The notes under the pieces: model-generated
What the model saw: only the letters and a program-made list of their open reading frames with translations
The model's database searches: none
What the model was told of the DNA's origin: nothing
Position numbers and translations under genes: made by a program
Shown: positions 1 to 12,986 of the stretch, piece after piece
Numbering within the stretch: the first letter of the stretch is position 1
Layout: each line of letters begins with the position of its first letter
Source: Tricharina praecox
Lineage: Eukaryota
Reading direction: 5' to 3'
NCBI RefSeq assembly: GCF_024521635.1
Contig: NW_026250423.1
Coordinates: 186,001-250,000 of the forward strand
Length of the DNA: 64,000 nt

Positions 1-2770
1 CTCTTCCTCTGCCGCGCCGGCTCACGACTGTCCGGCTGGAATCCGGACGGAAACGCCGAGGAGGAGGGCGTGTCGCCTGCAAACTGTAGCTCTCTGGCGT
101 CGAGCGAGGTCAGTACGCGGCGCTTTCTGCATGGGGGGTCCGGTTGCAGCGGAAGCGATGCGGACCGGTCACCGATACTGGTAGCACCAATATCACCCGT
201 TGCGGAACGCGAGTTCGGCTGAGACGACGGAAGGCGTGTGCGGAAGCCAGACGGTGAAGATGGAGGCGGCGGCTCCGAGTGTGGATTGTGGCGTTGTGGG
301 GACGATTGCTGCGATGGTCGGGGTGATGTAGGGGCCGGCGAGCTCCCCGGGGTGTCTAAGTCCACCACATTTCGCAAGTGTCCTGGTGACGGCGATGAAG
401 ATGAGGTGCATGAATACGGGGTCCGGAAAGAGCGCGAAGACTGTTGTAGCGGCTTCTCGGCGGGTCGCTCGCCCGTAACCTCAACATCCGAATCAACCCA
501 TTCGTCTATGTCGATAAACTGCGGTGGCGGTGGTACACTTTCGCGTGAAGGGGTTTTAGCAGGCGTTCTACCGGTAATCGGAAGCTCCGAGTCTGAAGAA
601 TCCCATTCGTCTATATCAATGAATTGGGGCGCTGCCGTCTCAAATAGAGGGTTTTCAGTACCCCACATATCCATAAAAGAATCCGTATCCGAGTCATCCA
701 GTTCGTCGATATCGATAAACTGAGACAGTGGAGGGGTTTCACTGCTCTCCTCGGCATCCTTCCTATCCGATTCCTCCAGTACCCTCAAAACCTCACGCAT
801 CAGGATCTTCCCCATGCGCGGTGGCACAGCATTCCCAATCTGTCGCTTCACGTTGGTCGTCCCGCCAACGAAATCGTAATTCTCCGGGAAAGTCTGGATG
901 CATGCAATCTCGCGCAACGTAAATCGGCGGAGACCAGAGGGGTGGACTCCATTGTGGTTCCCGCCAGCCATGATCGTGCGCATGAATGGTAGATTCATTA
1001 CATTCTTGGTGTCTAGTCGCATGTTGTCGGGAAACCGCAAGGCCGGGTCGTTTGGGTTGTGAGCACTGATGCCAGGTTGAAGATTGCCTATGGCATCCCC
1101 AAGTGTGCGAGCGGGCTTCAGTCGGGTAGGCTCTGGTGGCGGCTTTGGGTACCAATGTGTCGGTTCGGGAAATTTGGGCGGTTGTTCCCCTGGACTGCGA
1201 GTTTGTTAGAATTGTAACAGCAGAAATCGAATACAAAAACTTACCAAGAAGCCATGATAATCAGCCGCTGCCTGGTCTGGGGGACGCCATATTTTACACA
1301 TGGCAAAATACTCCACCGGACGGAATATCCTGCCGACGTGAACTGATTGATTACAGCCCTGAACCACACCGGCCTGTGTGTCAATCCGAAGGTCTGCTCC
1401 AGTGTTGCAAACCGAGGCTTGACCTTCTTCAAGCAGTCACAGATGCAGAGCGAAGATGCTTCATTATCTTCATCGAACTGTCCAGGTGTCGTGTGGGCTG
1501 GTGAATGTGGCTGGCAAGGAGGGGACAGGTGCATGACATCCACATGGTAGTCCCCGGGTAGAGCGATGAACTGATCCGCCGAGAGATGGAATGCCTGAGC
1601 TTCGGGATATCGCTTTCTAAATGTCGCGATTGCATCCGTATCATGGTCGAACCCCCACGAATTGATGAATTTCGCCTGACTGGCGCCGCAAGACATGCCA
1701 CCGGCTCCGCAAAAGGCGTCCCCGAATGTGTACTTGTAATCCTTTTGTTGCTCTTCGGAATCGTTCGACGAACACTCCCTGGTAGTAACGTAAGGTTTCT
1801 TCAAGATACGTTCCCGAACCCGGAACATGGCGTCCGCCTCATCTTCCCTCAGCCGGCGGATTAGGCCAGTACCCCCGGGTTTCCGATTCTCGGGGCGTAC
1901 GTGGAGCGAGGTCGTGCCGTTAGTTTCCATATACCATCTGCAAACCAATCTACCAAGCTGCTCGGTCAAGCGGTCGCTACCCACGCGAAGTCTGTGGTTC
2001 GGGAAGTTGGCATTCGTCAGGATGATTTTGCGTCCTCTCAGGAGCTGGTCGCACTCAACTTGCTCGTCGGCAGAGATCATAACCAATTCGTTTAGTCTGC
2101 AATGAAGATACCCCAAAAGATTTCGAGTACGCAGGAATTTTTTCCCCTTCAATACAATACGTGCGCCATGATTGAGGCAGAGCTGTTTGATGGAGTTTAT
2201 TCGGATAAAGCTGCCATCCTTCAGCTCTACGTTGCTGCCAATACGTATTTTCGCGGGAAGCGTATGAATACGCATTTCCCCGCGAGGCTCTTGAAGTTCG
2301 ATCGTCCGGTATTCACAACAAATAGGAGAGCTGCATGAAGTTGACACTGGTTTCTGAGAAGTGGGTTGAACACCTGCGTCGGCCTTCAGAACTGGCGGAA
2401 TATCAGCAATCACCGATGAGGACATAACACGTTGCTGCAGCCTCTCTCTCTTCCCGTCCAAACCATGAAGAAACGGTCATACCTTGGTCCTCGACTTGCG
2501 ATTCATCGTCGGAAATTTCGAACAACTCTACGAGTACGGTCAGTATTGCCAGTCCTCACTGTCAACGTTTCGCCCTTTGATCCCACCTATGCCTTTGACT
2601 TCGCCGCTCAGATCAATGTAACCTTTCTGGAGGTACTCTGCCTCCAGTTCGATCCTTTTCCGCAATTCGGGATCGACGTTCTGATGACCATGCTGTGCCA
2701 CAAGCATGTCGATACCGATGCTTTCTCCGTTGAGCCTGAATGCTGGAAGCGGCGGCTGAAGCGACACCAT
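1..2770 (-). CDS. rid: Masc1/RID-family cytosine-5 DNA methyltransferase (3' end beyond window start; 5' exon boundaries approximate)
   Basis: Motif I DAFCGAGG, catalytic motif IV HLSPPCQ and motif VI EQT (the Masc1/RID variant of ENV), plus GVPQTRQR in ORF 1241-2461. An intron at 1244-1195 (GTAAGT..TCGCAG) joins an exon with HPSGLRRFTLREIACIQTFP and KRQIGNAVPP (motifs IX-X). That frame stays open to position 1. Short N-terminal exons are inferred from splice signals at about 2586-2528 and 2482-2391. Confidence 0.9.
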
Positions 2771-4786
2771 CGAGGTCGGCCGAGGGATGCGGGGGACGGT
2801 TTGATGATGCGATATTGGCGCAGAATTTTCTGAAGGACTCGTCAGATGTGGGACGTGTTATATGTTGTAGAGATGGAGGGAGCAGAAAGTGGGATGCGGA
2901 CGCAGTAACCGGTGGCTATGATTGGTAGAGGTGGAGTATTCTACCCTTCACAAAGAAGCAAACATAGTCGACAAAGACGGAACCATCAAACTGGACTGGA
3001 GCCCCTTGTGAAAAGAAGGGCACGGAAGCATCCGGGGGAGCCCATCTGGAGGACAGCCTTGTTGCTGAGCAGAGGCCGACAGAGCATGTTTGATGTGTGA
3101 AATCCAGGGAGCCAGAGAACGGACCAGGCCCTTCGGCGTAGGTACTCAAGCGGATAGCTCATTGGTGAGTCCACAGCGTGGAGGTAGACAGTGGCAATGG
3201 GGTCTGAGTGCGTATAGCGGATAAAGAAGCGGGCATGCCGCGACTGGAAGGCAGGCGGTAGTGTTTAGTAAGACTCGTGTTGATCCGAGAAGGCGGTAAC
3301 GTTTCACAGTGGTGTGTGGCGGTCGGCTTAGAACCGTCAGATGGACGACCCGCAGCCGTGGCATCCTCCCGGGCGTGTGAGATGCGATATGCAGGCACCC
3401 ATCCAATCATGGTACTGGTATTCGATGTGAGGTATTTTGCCATGCGCCAGACGAGATGGCCTATAGACATAGGGCGAGACTACTGGTAGTTATCTCAGCC
3501 TACCATCACGGCCATTGGGCACTCTGTTATGCATAAATCGAGATGTAAACAGGCGATGCGAAACGGATATCCCGCACGATGAGACTATAAATACTTTCTT
3601 GGTTCTAACTTCTACTCGTCTAAAGTCTTCCATGCTTCCTTCGCCGATGTCACCAAATGGCTTGGCTTGGCTTGGTATCAATGTCGACGACTCTTTGCCG
3701 CCATCGAAGAAAGTCCTTTGCAGCCTTGCTGGCGGGCCGTCAGTGTGGATTACTCTCTGTGCGCATGATGCTGATCGCTTCCGCCGTGGATTTAAATCTG
3801 TGGTTCCGAAGGAAAACACAGTTCGGACCATAAAGTCTGAAGATACCTAGTTTTTCCGGTATTCGCACAGGTCAGGAGTGCAAATCCCGGGCGTCCACTC
3901 GCGCACTGGAGATAAATCGTTCTAGGCTTTCTTCGTCTGGGACGCTAAGCTTGACTAGCGCACAGATCATCCATCATGTAGATCCCGCGACGGCCGAGTA
4001 TAAAAATGTAGGTAGCAAGGGGACCTCTGTGGCGAATTTTGCTGACGAATACCTAAGAGTCCGTGGTCCGCCACCGGTGCTGCCAAACCAGTATGAGGTA
4101 CCGTAAAACACCAAAACCCCCCACTGTCACCAGCATCAAAAAGCGAGTGGATGACTTGTTTTCGGACAGCTACCCTCGGTACATACATCACTTTTGCCCT
4201 TTGCAGAGGTCTGAAGCATACCTATGTCGACTTTGGTCGGCCTTGATCATCTTCGTTCTGGTATGTAACTCGGACCGGTTACCTCAGCACTGTCCGCACA
4301 CAACCTGTAAGACTGTACTAACGAACAACAGTATGATATTATTGACTCTTTTCGAATACGAGCTTCACATATACGCTGTTGCAAATGTACACTGGAAGTA
4401 AGTGAGCTCAGATATTCTCTCATACATAAAGGCAGACTTGGCTAACCAATGCATCGCTGAATAGGCTCGCCGGCAGACACTGGTGACTGCTTATACCATA
4501 TCAAGCAGACACAACCACTTCAATGCGACTTTACAAACGTTGAAGGCCTGCTGCACACAACCGGATCAGGAACAACCATAGAAACATGGCACTACCGTTT
4601 CCCTTTTGAATTTCCTTCCTGTTGTCACCTACATCCCCGTCATCTTTTCATCCTCCTTCTCTCCCTCTTTCTCTACCTCCCATCCATTCCTCGACCATCA
4701 TCCTCCACAGTCTACACACGAATCTAATACAAACTTTAACCTTCCTCCCATCTTTTCTTCATCGCCAAACTATAATCCTTTCATCA

Positions 4787-7489
4787 ATGTCTGACTCCGA
4801 ACATCCCTTTCCGCTTTCACATGAGAAGGAACTCAAGGAGCCCCGGGAAGAAGGCGGAGTTTCTGCTTCACTGATGACATCTTTGTACGCGGCTGCATCC
4901 AGGATGGGACCCAGTGTCCCGAGAGTCGATGACGAAGTCAATAACGAGAGCGGAATCATTAACGAGAACGGTTCGGTCGACGGATTTGTTGATTCCTCAG
5001 CTGAAGTTGACGAGGCTGATAACGACGACAACGTTGGCTCATCATCATCTAGTCTCGTTGGTCAAACGACGTCCGTCAAGATTCGCATCAGGTTCCGGAC
5101 CGGCCTAGCTGCGAACACTGGTCTCGGCAACCCACAGAGCTCTTCTATTTCCGTCGCTGGAAAAGCAGGCGCACACTCAGACGTTTCTAACCTTCACCCA
5201 CCTTTGGGATTCCAAACTTCCCTTCCATCCTCCATCCCATCCCCCATCTCATCCTCCATCCCATCCTCCATCCCATCCACTATCTCATCCTCTTTCCCGA
5301 CTCCTTTCCCTTCTGCAGGCGTATCGGCTGCCACCTCCTCTACAGAGGTTAATCAGACCGAGGTAGCCAGCGATGTCATCATTGCCTCCTCCTCTTCCTC
5401 CTCCTCCCTCGTTGCAGCTGTCGCGACTGCAGCCAAGAAGACGCCACGCGTGAAAGCCAGCTTTGGCACATCACCGTGGCCAGAACTGGAGCACCCCACT
5501 CCAGAAGAGTGTGCTGAGCTCCAGCAACTCTTGACCAAGGCACACGGCCCTTCGGAACGCCCGGACAAACTTATCGGTATGTATCTCCCTTTCTAGAGCT
5601 TTCAGATAGCGCTAACTTCTGTTCTAGTTAATAACGAAGTTTCTGGTTGCGGCGAAGTGCCGTGTGTCTTGGATGCACTTTTGAGGACAATCATGTCCTT
5701 GAATACAACGACCAAAAACTCGGGTAAGTTCGCCGGAAAGCATACTTCACCCTTGGATACTGAGTATATACTGACTTGAACTCCAGCGAAGGCCTTTCAG
5801 GACCTGTTGGCCCATTTTGGGACCGTTACTGTCGAGAAATTTCTCGACCCCTCGAAGAAGGGAAGATACACCAAGGGGAGTGTAGATAGCGTCGACTGGG
5901 ACGCTATCAGGACCAGCAGGGTCGAAGATGTCGAGGAAGCTCTGAAGGTTGGGGGCCTTCAGAACAAGAAGGCGAGGGTGATCCAAGCCATCCTCCGCCA
6001 AGTGTGGAACGAGGGGAAAGAGCGCCGCAGTCAGAAGTGGTTCGAGAAGTACCGCGAGAGAGCCGCGGCTCGCAGTTCCCGGCCTATGGCCGCTGACGAG
6101 GACTCGGGCTCCGAACTTTCGGACCCCGAGGATGATGACGATGGAGAGTTGTCGTTGGACCATTTCCATGAGATGGACAACATCACACTCATGAAGAATC
6201 TTACTGCCTTCGATGGCATCGGCCCGAAGGCCGCCGCGTGTGTGATGCTATTCTGTGAGTATTCCGTCCTACTGGCAACCGATTAGTGACTAATTAAATG
6301 TGATTCAGCGCTTCACCGCGATGTCTTTCCTGTCGACACTCATGTGCACAGGCTGACCAAATTCCTCGGATGGGTGCCACCCAACGCTACCGAGGTCACG
6401 GGCTTCTACCATTTAGATGTCCGAATTCCTGACGAGTACAAGTACTCGTTGCACAACCTGCTGATCCGCCATGGGCGGTCATGTAAGAAGTGTGCCGGGC
6501 GTGCCGAAGCCACGACCCCGAAGAAAGTCAAGACTGAACTTGACGAGGATGGCAACCCTATCAAGGCCAAGAAGATGAAGGTCGTCTGGGAAGGCAATGG
6601 CCTGATGAAGGAGAGGATGGTGGAGCTCGGAACGGACGATGAGGATGCGAACGATGACTGCGTCATCAACCATCTCGTCAACCGTGTCCGCAAGCCGCGC
6701 CGGAAGCCGAAGTCGAAGGGGATCAAGGAGGAGGAAGCCGATTCCCAGGATGGGGTCAATGTCGATGGCGACAATGGGGGCCCATCGGACGTGGCGGTCA
6801 CGAAAGTGACCATCGCCATCAAAGATGAGCCCTCTGAGCCTCAAGGGCTTGATCCCTCCATCCCCGCCGTTGCACAGCAACATGGGTCGGGCGAGAAGTC
6901 GAAGAGGAAGCGCCGGAAGGCGGTCAAAGAGGAGGCCTCTGAGCCTCAGGGACTTGATCCCTCCATCCCCACGGTTGCACAGCAACATAAGGTGGGCGAC
7001 AAGCCCAAGAGGCAGCGCAAGAAGACTATTGAAGAAGTCCTAGAACATCAGGACGACATCGAGGTCTACGATCTTGCGAGTGACGAGGATAGCGACTACA
7101 TGCCGCACAAAGTGCGTGTCGCCAAGCGTCACCCCGCGGGTCGCAAGCCGGCGACAAAGAAGGGCAAGGAGATCCCTAAGCCCGAGGACATCGCCGCTGG
7201 AGAACACGTTCTCCATAACTCACCGAGCGCCGACACCGATGTGCCGGACCTTGTCGCCGATTCCGGAAGCGACGACCATATGGGCGACAGCCCCGACGAT
7301 GGCTCCCCTTCCTCCGGCTCGAAATCGACCAGCCGCAAGCGTGCGCAGTCGATGCGGCCACCGGCCAGGACTTCGAAGCGTGCGAAGTCCGATGCGAGGG
7401 CTACGGCTCCGCAGGGCGGGATCAATGACGAAAACTTCGTCGTCCATGACCAGTTGGCAGAGGCCAAGGAGGTCGAGGAGAAGGATTGA
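4787..7489 (+). CDS. HhH-GPD (endonuclease III superfamily) DNA glycosylase/lyase, DEMETER/ROS1-related clade
   Basis: Exons 4787-5576, 5628-5723, 5787-6254 and 6309-7489 splice in frame. They give GCGEVPCVLDALLRTIMSLNTT, DSVDWDAIR, HhH motif FDGIGPKAAACV (catalytic Lys), FPVDTHVHRL..LGWVP (catalytic Asp), HGRSCKKC..C, and a long basic/acidic tail. Confidence 0.88.
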
Positions 7490-7677
7490 GAGATGTTCCG
7501 CATCTTGCAGCACAGTCTGTAGATGGACAGGATTTGGCAATACTTTGCCCGCGTCTCTTTTTCTTTTCTTTTCGCCTTCTTTTATGGTCTGGGCGTTCTG
7601 ATGAGCCGATCATGATCTTTTTCTCTTCCTTTTAATTTCCCCACTACAGATGGGTAGCGTCCGGTGTTACCGGACGA

Positions 7678-7870
7678 TGTTTGTTGTTTTTGCATCTGTT
7701 TTTGTTTTTTTCGGATTTTTTCGGATTTTTCGGGGAGTTGGATTGGTTATCCGGATATTTCTTTGTTGATTTTGTTTTCTGTTTTTTTGTTTTGTTTTGA
7801 TTTTTACTGTTTTTTCTGTTTTGTTTTCTAATTTTTCTAATTTTTCTGTTTTTTCTGTTTTTTTTCTGAT
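7678..7870. repeat. T-rich low-complexity tract
   Basis: Runs of T broken by G/C, with sub-repeats such as TTTTTTCGGA and TTTTTCTAA/TTTTTCTG. Confidence 0.7.
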
Positions 7871-9167
7871 GGCGTTTGGCGTATTTGTACTTGGGAATGG
7901 ATAAATGCTTTTTGCGCTTGAAGTGTGATATTCAGTGTTTACAGTGTTTTCAACCTACGGTATCCCACTCCTCCCAGTACGGCTTCTTTCGGGGGTTAGA
8001 GTACTTCCGCGTTGGCCCGTTTCTCTCGATACGTCTCGGCCGATGCCTCGCTGAGCGGATTCCCCATCGGCGGTGGTAGACTTGTGGAATTGAACCCAAG
8101 ACGACAATACCTAGGTAGGCAGTGGTGGTCCCGGACTCCTGGGCACGAGTTACTGGATGCTCAACTGCATGGGTAAGTAATCTGACCTTGACGTTATGTA
8201 TGTGGAATCATTAACTAAGGGTGAGTGTAGGTACTCGGCGGTGAACGATTGATGATGACTGACATGATTTTCCTGGTTAGGATGATGACGACGGATCGGA
8301 TATGTAGGTAGGTACGAGGGTTGTGTGGAAAGGACGGACCGGCACAGGGCTTGCAGTGACCAGCCAGCTACAGCATGCCGCTACGAGAGCCGTGAGAAGC
8401 CATCCAACCGTGTCGGTCCCGGTCTCGGGAACGCCGGGGCGATAGTTATCACCGCGGGCCAAGATTGGGGCTGGATACTCTACACCTCTCTCAGGAGTTA
8501 GGACATAGTTACACTGTGGCATACCTACCTGTGAGGTTGCGGCACTCACCGCTCCCGAACCGCCCAATTCTTGCCGCCAGAAGGAGAAGGGAACCGGCAA
8601 TACACACCTTGTATGTGCCTACTCCGATCAGGCCTTGTGGCTAGTTATGTATCATAAATCCCATGGTCCACGGTCCATTCCCTGCGGAAGTCCATCGTGG
8701 AAGCCAGAGCAATCCATGGAATTATTCCACTTGTCCGTCACTGGCTCTGGCATCTCGAGGGTATAACGGGTACCGGTACTACCGTTATACCACCGCTCCG
8801 CTCCTAGTCCAGTCTGGAAAGGAAAGGAAACTTGGGAAAGGCGTTCGGTCGGATTCCGGATTCCTTTGCCTTGTTCAAGATTCAAGACGCTCTGGTAGGT
8901 TCGGCGGCGGTGGATCATGGATGGGAGCGTTGGTAAGCCGTAGGTATTTCTTTGTCTTGATTCTTGCTGCTTTGGCTTCGGTCTGCTGGTAGATTTGCTG
9001 ATTGATGGACGATGGGACGATGAGATCATGGGATCATGGGATCATGGGCCGATGAGATCATGGGCCGATGGGCAAGGATAATGACTGATCACTGGCGAGT
9101 ATGATTGCCAGGTTTGACTCTTGAGTGGCTTGATCCGAACTAAACTGAACGAATATCTACCCGAACT

Positions 9168-9281
9168 GACCGAATAACCAAACCGACCGAATAACCAAAC
9201 CGACCGAACAACCAAACCGACCGAATAACCAAACCGACCGAATAACCGATCTGACCGAATAGCTCAGTTATTCGGTCAGAT
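9168..9281. repeat. 17-bp tandem array (GACCGAATAACCAAACC, about 5.5 copies) ending in a 13-bp hairpin
   Basis: Copies start at 9168, 9185, 9202, 9219 and 9236, with a partial copy at 9253. ATCTGACCGAATA (9249-9261) is the exact reverse complement of TATTCGGTCAGAT (9269-9281). Confidence 0.9.
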
Positions 9282-9776
9282 TCTGAGTTTACGGGAGTTT
9301 CTTTCACTATTCGGACTCTTCCTGTCTTCCCGTCGTCTCTTGAGTCTGTCTACGAGTAGGTGGTATATCACTCGCCCACATACCCAGAACACTCCTTAGG
9401 TACTTCCACTGTGGCCATCCCGAAGCCATCCGTAAAACATGAGTTATTTGCCAACCGTAACGTCCCATTCTACTCTACTCTACTTTAGAGTAATGTATCG
9501 TATACCTACTCGTCCCATCATCCATGGTCTCCGACGAACACCCCGCCAATCCACCTATTTATCCACTGCTGCGACCCCGAAGAAGAAGAAGAAGAAGAAG
9601 AAGAAGCCGCCACACGATGCAAAGAAAATTAGAAAAAGCGTACAAACGTCAAAGGGACAAACATTCAAGGGTACTACAGTAGAAATGACCAAACAACGCC
9701 CGACCTCCAGCCAGCCAGCCAACTCAAAGCAAACATCCACAGCGAACTCGAAAAGGTGATCATGCCCGCGTAACTA

Positions 9777-11618
9777 TCAAGTTTCACTCCTGCCCCCCCT
9801 ATCCTCAGCGCCCAGCAGTGCCGTAGCCTCCTCTCCGTCTTCTCCTTCCAGCTCCTTCCATCGCAACGCAAAGCTCAGCCCCAATCCCACAGCCGCAATG
9901 CCGCCAAAAGTTCCCCACGCCAGCCACTCGCCTCCCTTCTTTTGAAACCCGGCCGTGAACAGAGCACCGGAGGCGAACGGTCCGATGGCGCGGCCGGCAG
10001 CACTGACGGTCTGCAGGAAGCCATTGAGCGTGCCGAGAGTACTAGGTTTCGGACTAGCATTGGTAACGAGCAGCATGGCGCAGGTGAGGCCCGTGACCGC
10101 GGCGATGGACTTGACCAGCAGTGCGCCGCCGAGTTGCGTCCAGATCAGAGCCTTGGGCGAGGATGCATTTACGCCGACGAGTGGCATCGCAAAGAAGGCG
10201 AGAACGAACCCGAGGAATGCAAGGCGGTAGCACCATACGTTGCCCACCCGCCGCTCAATCGGCGTGAAGAGGAAGGCTTGGAAGACGATACCCGCGGCGC
10301 CAGAGAGCGAGAGGAGGAGTCCTATCTCCTTCGGGCTCAGTTCGCGGCCGCTGGGGCGGGGACCGGAGGCGTAGATCGGGTATAGTGAGTTGAAGGCGAT
10401 GTTATTCAGGTTGAAGAGGGTGTAAGTTATCAACAGGTAGACTGGTAATCGGTCAGTAATGGTTTTAAATAGGGATATTGATCGAGGCAGCTTACCGATC
10501 TGCGGGACCAGAATCTCCCGGTAAGAAACCTCCTCGCCACGCTCCGGCATGAAGACGGGACACGCTTCAGCCAATGTTTCCCGGCTACTGCCGTCAATCT
10601 CTCCGTCCGCCGACCGTCCCACGCGCAAGTACGAAGGCCAGTAAGAGGCGGAAAACTGCCAGAGCCAGGTAAACAGGCACCTGACTCTCTCACCCAGAGG
10701 CGGCAGATCCTGCGCTTCGGCCAGACTCTCGTCGAGCATGAAGAGGCTCATCACCAAGTCCACCAGGAGCAGCCCGAATGCGACGATGTTCGGAAGTAGG
10801 TATGGATACTTGTGAAACAGGTGTGAGATTGGCCCACTGGGATTAGGAGCCGGATCGACGAGCAATCCGCCGACGATCGGTCCCGTGATTGCGCCGAGAC
10901 CGTAGATGATGGGTAGCCACGCGAAGGCTGACGTTTGATTGGACTTGTCCGTGATCTCGCCGAGGACAGTGGACACGACGCCTATTCTGCGTCAGCATCA
11001 ACACCTCACACATACAACGGTCTCGCCCATGAAATACGCACCAGCATTTGCATTTACCAAACCCATCAAGACCTGCACCGTGATAGCCTGAGTGAGGGTA
11101 CGACAGAAGCCGAACGCCAAAAAGCACAGACTCGTCAAGAACGTGCCCATCAGGATCACCGGCTTGCGTCCGATCCTATCGCTGAGCCTGCCCCAGAAGA
11201 CGTTCGTCGCGAACTGTGCCGCGGCAAAGCTGCTCGCGATGATGCCCACGTACAGTCCCACCCTGCCCTCATCAACCTCCGGGAATGTCGCGGCCATCTC
11301 CGGCAGGTACGGCGAGATCGAGTTCAGCGCCGTCTGCTCGGCAAGACTAATCACCGCGAGAATGATCAGCTGCCGCCGCGGGATCGGGGTGCCGGATGAG
11401 TTTTCGCTGCCTCCACCGCCGCCGCCGCCGTTGTTGCCGTCGTTGCGCATCGATCGAAGAGATGAGGAACCGGAGCCGATGCCTATTGCGTCTGGGGAAC
11501 CGCTGTTGAGCTTCGAGTGAGGCGGGGGACGGCCTCTGTTTGACGGGGGAACGACGCCGGGGAAGGTCTGGTAGTGGTAGGACGACTGTCGTCGCTGCAG
11601 AAGCGTGCGGCCTGTCAT
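9777..11618 (-). CDS. Major facilitator superfamily transporter (YCR023C/ZIF1-like)
   Basis: MFS motif A WGRLSDRIGRKPV, many hydrophobic helices, and GTLNG..AAGRAIGP. Introns at 11041-10982 and 10495-10442. Confidence 0.88.
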
Positions 11619-12986
11619 TGATTCGGATTACGAAGCGTGGTAACTAGTGGTGGTAACGGTGGTGGTAATCGCGCGTCAAGACTGGTGTATCCCTCTCTCT
11701 CGCTTTCTTTCTCTCGTGCCCGACGACGAACTTGAAGTGAAAAGGCTCCTTCTCTTCTCCCGTGTACTGCTCGCGTTTCTGCGGAGTTCGGTGGTGACAA
11801 AGTTAACCGGGAACATGCTACCGTACCTACGTTCTTTATGCTACTCCTCTCCTATGACGCAAACAAGTCCGGCTGTACTATGCGGTACTCTACCCACTAA
11901 CGATGTACTGACTGGGTTTAGTGCCATGGACGGCCCCCATGGAAGCGGACGGTGGGCGATCGCCCATCCACCCACCCCAGATGGAGATGGGCCGCCCGGT
12001 TGCACGTCCCTATCCCTGCCCCCTTTGTTGACCAGTGACCACGACGAATCGACAACGACAACGGCTGGAAGCATCACGACAACAGAGGTGGCTGGTAGGC
12101 TATCTGCACGGGCATTCGAGATCGATACTGACAGGACTAAATAGTTAACTTAGCCCGAAAGAGAGCCAGCACAGCCTCCGAACCGACCAAGGAGTTCTCA
12201 CTTCTCAGAGACCACCGAGTCCCGATTTGCACTATTCGGTCCGACTCATCAATGATCGTGATGAAGGTTTTCGGGTTTCGCCTTCAAGAATCAAGCCTCC
12301 GAGGCGTAACCCCGCAGTCCGGTATCTCATCCACCGCTGCCCAGAGCCATCGCGGCGAATTCCAAATCCGCGTGACGGCAGAAACGAGCTGCTCAACCGG
12401 TCGCCGGGCCAATCATCCGCAATGCAAGCGCTAGGAGGCATGTCAAGTGCACCTATGATGACCGAGTGTTTCTACCACGAGCTATCGCCGCGTCTTTTGT
12501 CGTCTTCTGGCCACAGCTATCGCGAGTCCGCAACTCCCACCCGCGATGTCTACCGGCTCCAGTCCATGGAAAATGACATCGGCGTGCGCCTCTGCGGTCG
12601 CTTTCAATCCGGCGGCAGTCTTGAAGATACCTATATGGACATGGTGGATATTATACCTATTTTTACACGATTACCTTGAGCTTCATCACAGCCCTGGGAA
12701 TACACCGCGGGAAATATAACATCCACTTCGTTCTGGCGAGACACTCGCAAACGCCCGATTACTGCACCATCTCATGTGACCTCGCCCGATGATCTCCAAT
12801 CCGCCTGCGTAAAGCTGACCGACTATCACTCACTGAACCATGCATCTCATGTACGGGCTGGTATGGTAGGTATGCAGGTACTACCCCGCACCGTCTTTGC
12901 ACTTCACACGATTAGCTGTTCCTGCACGTTCGACATCCCCATCCCGCCATCGACATCCCCACTTCCACCCGCCAACACCACGCACG

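Noticed and set aside
2477..2560. Stops near the RID N-terminus as an A-to-I-corrected premature stop
   Set aside because: They fall inside plausible GT..AG introns with branch sites, and the catalytic region has no in-frame TAG.
3000..4600. Short ORFs between the methyltransferase and the glycosylase
   Set aside because: No recognisable domain or consistent exon structure.
8075..8100. B-box-like GGTTCAATTCC on the minus strand suggesting a tRNA
   Set aside because: The T-stem is imperfect and no matching acceptor, D or anticodon arms could be built.
9168..9260. Repeat array as a CRISPR locus
   Set aside because: The units are contiguous without unique spacers, the context is eukaryotic, and no cas genes are present.
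10442..10495. 54-nt in-frame, stop-free intron in the MFS gene as regulated intron retention
   Set aside because: Canonical signals. Such introns are common by chance and nothing indicates retention.
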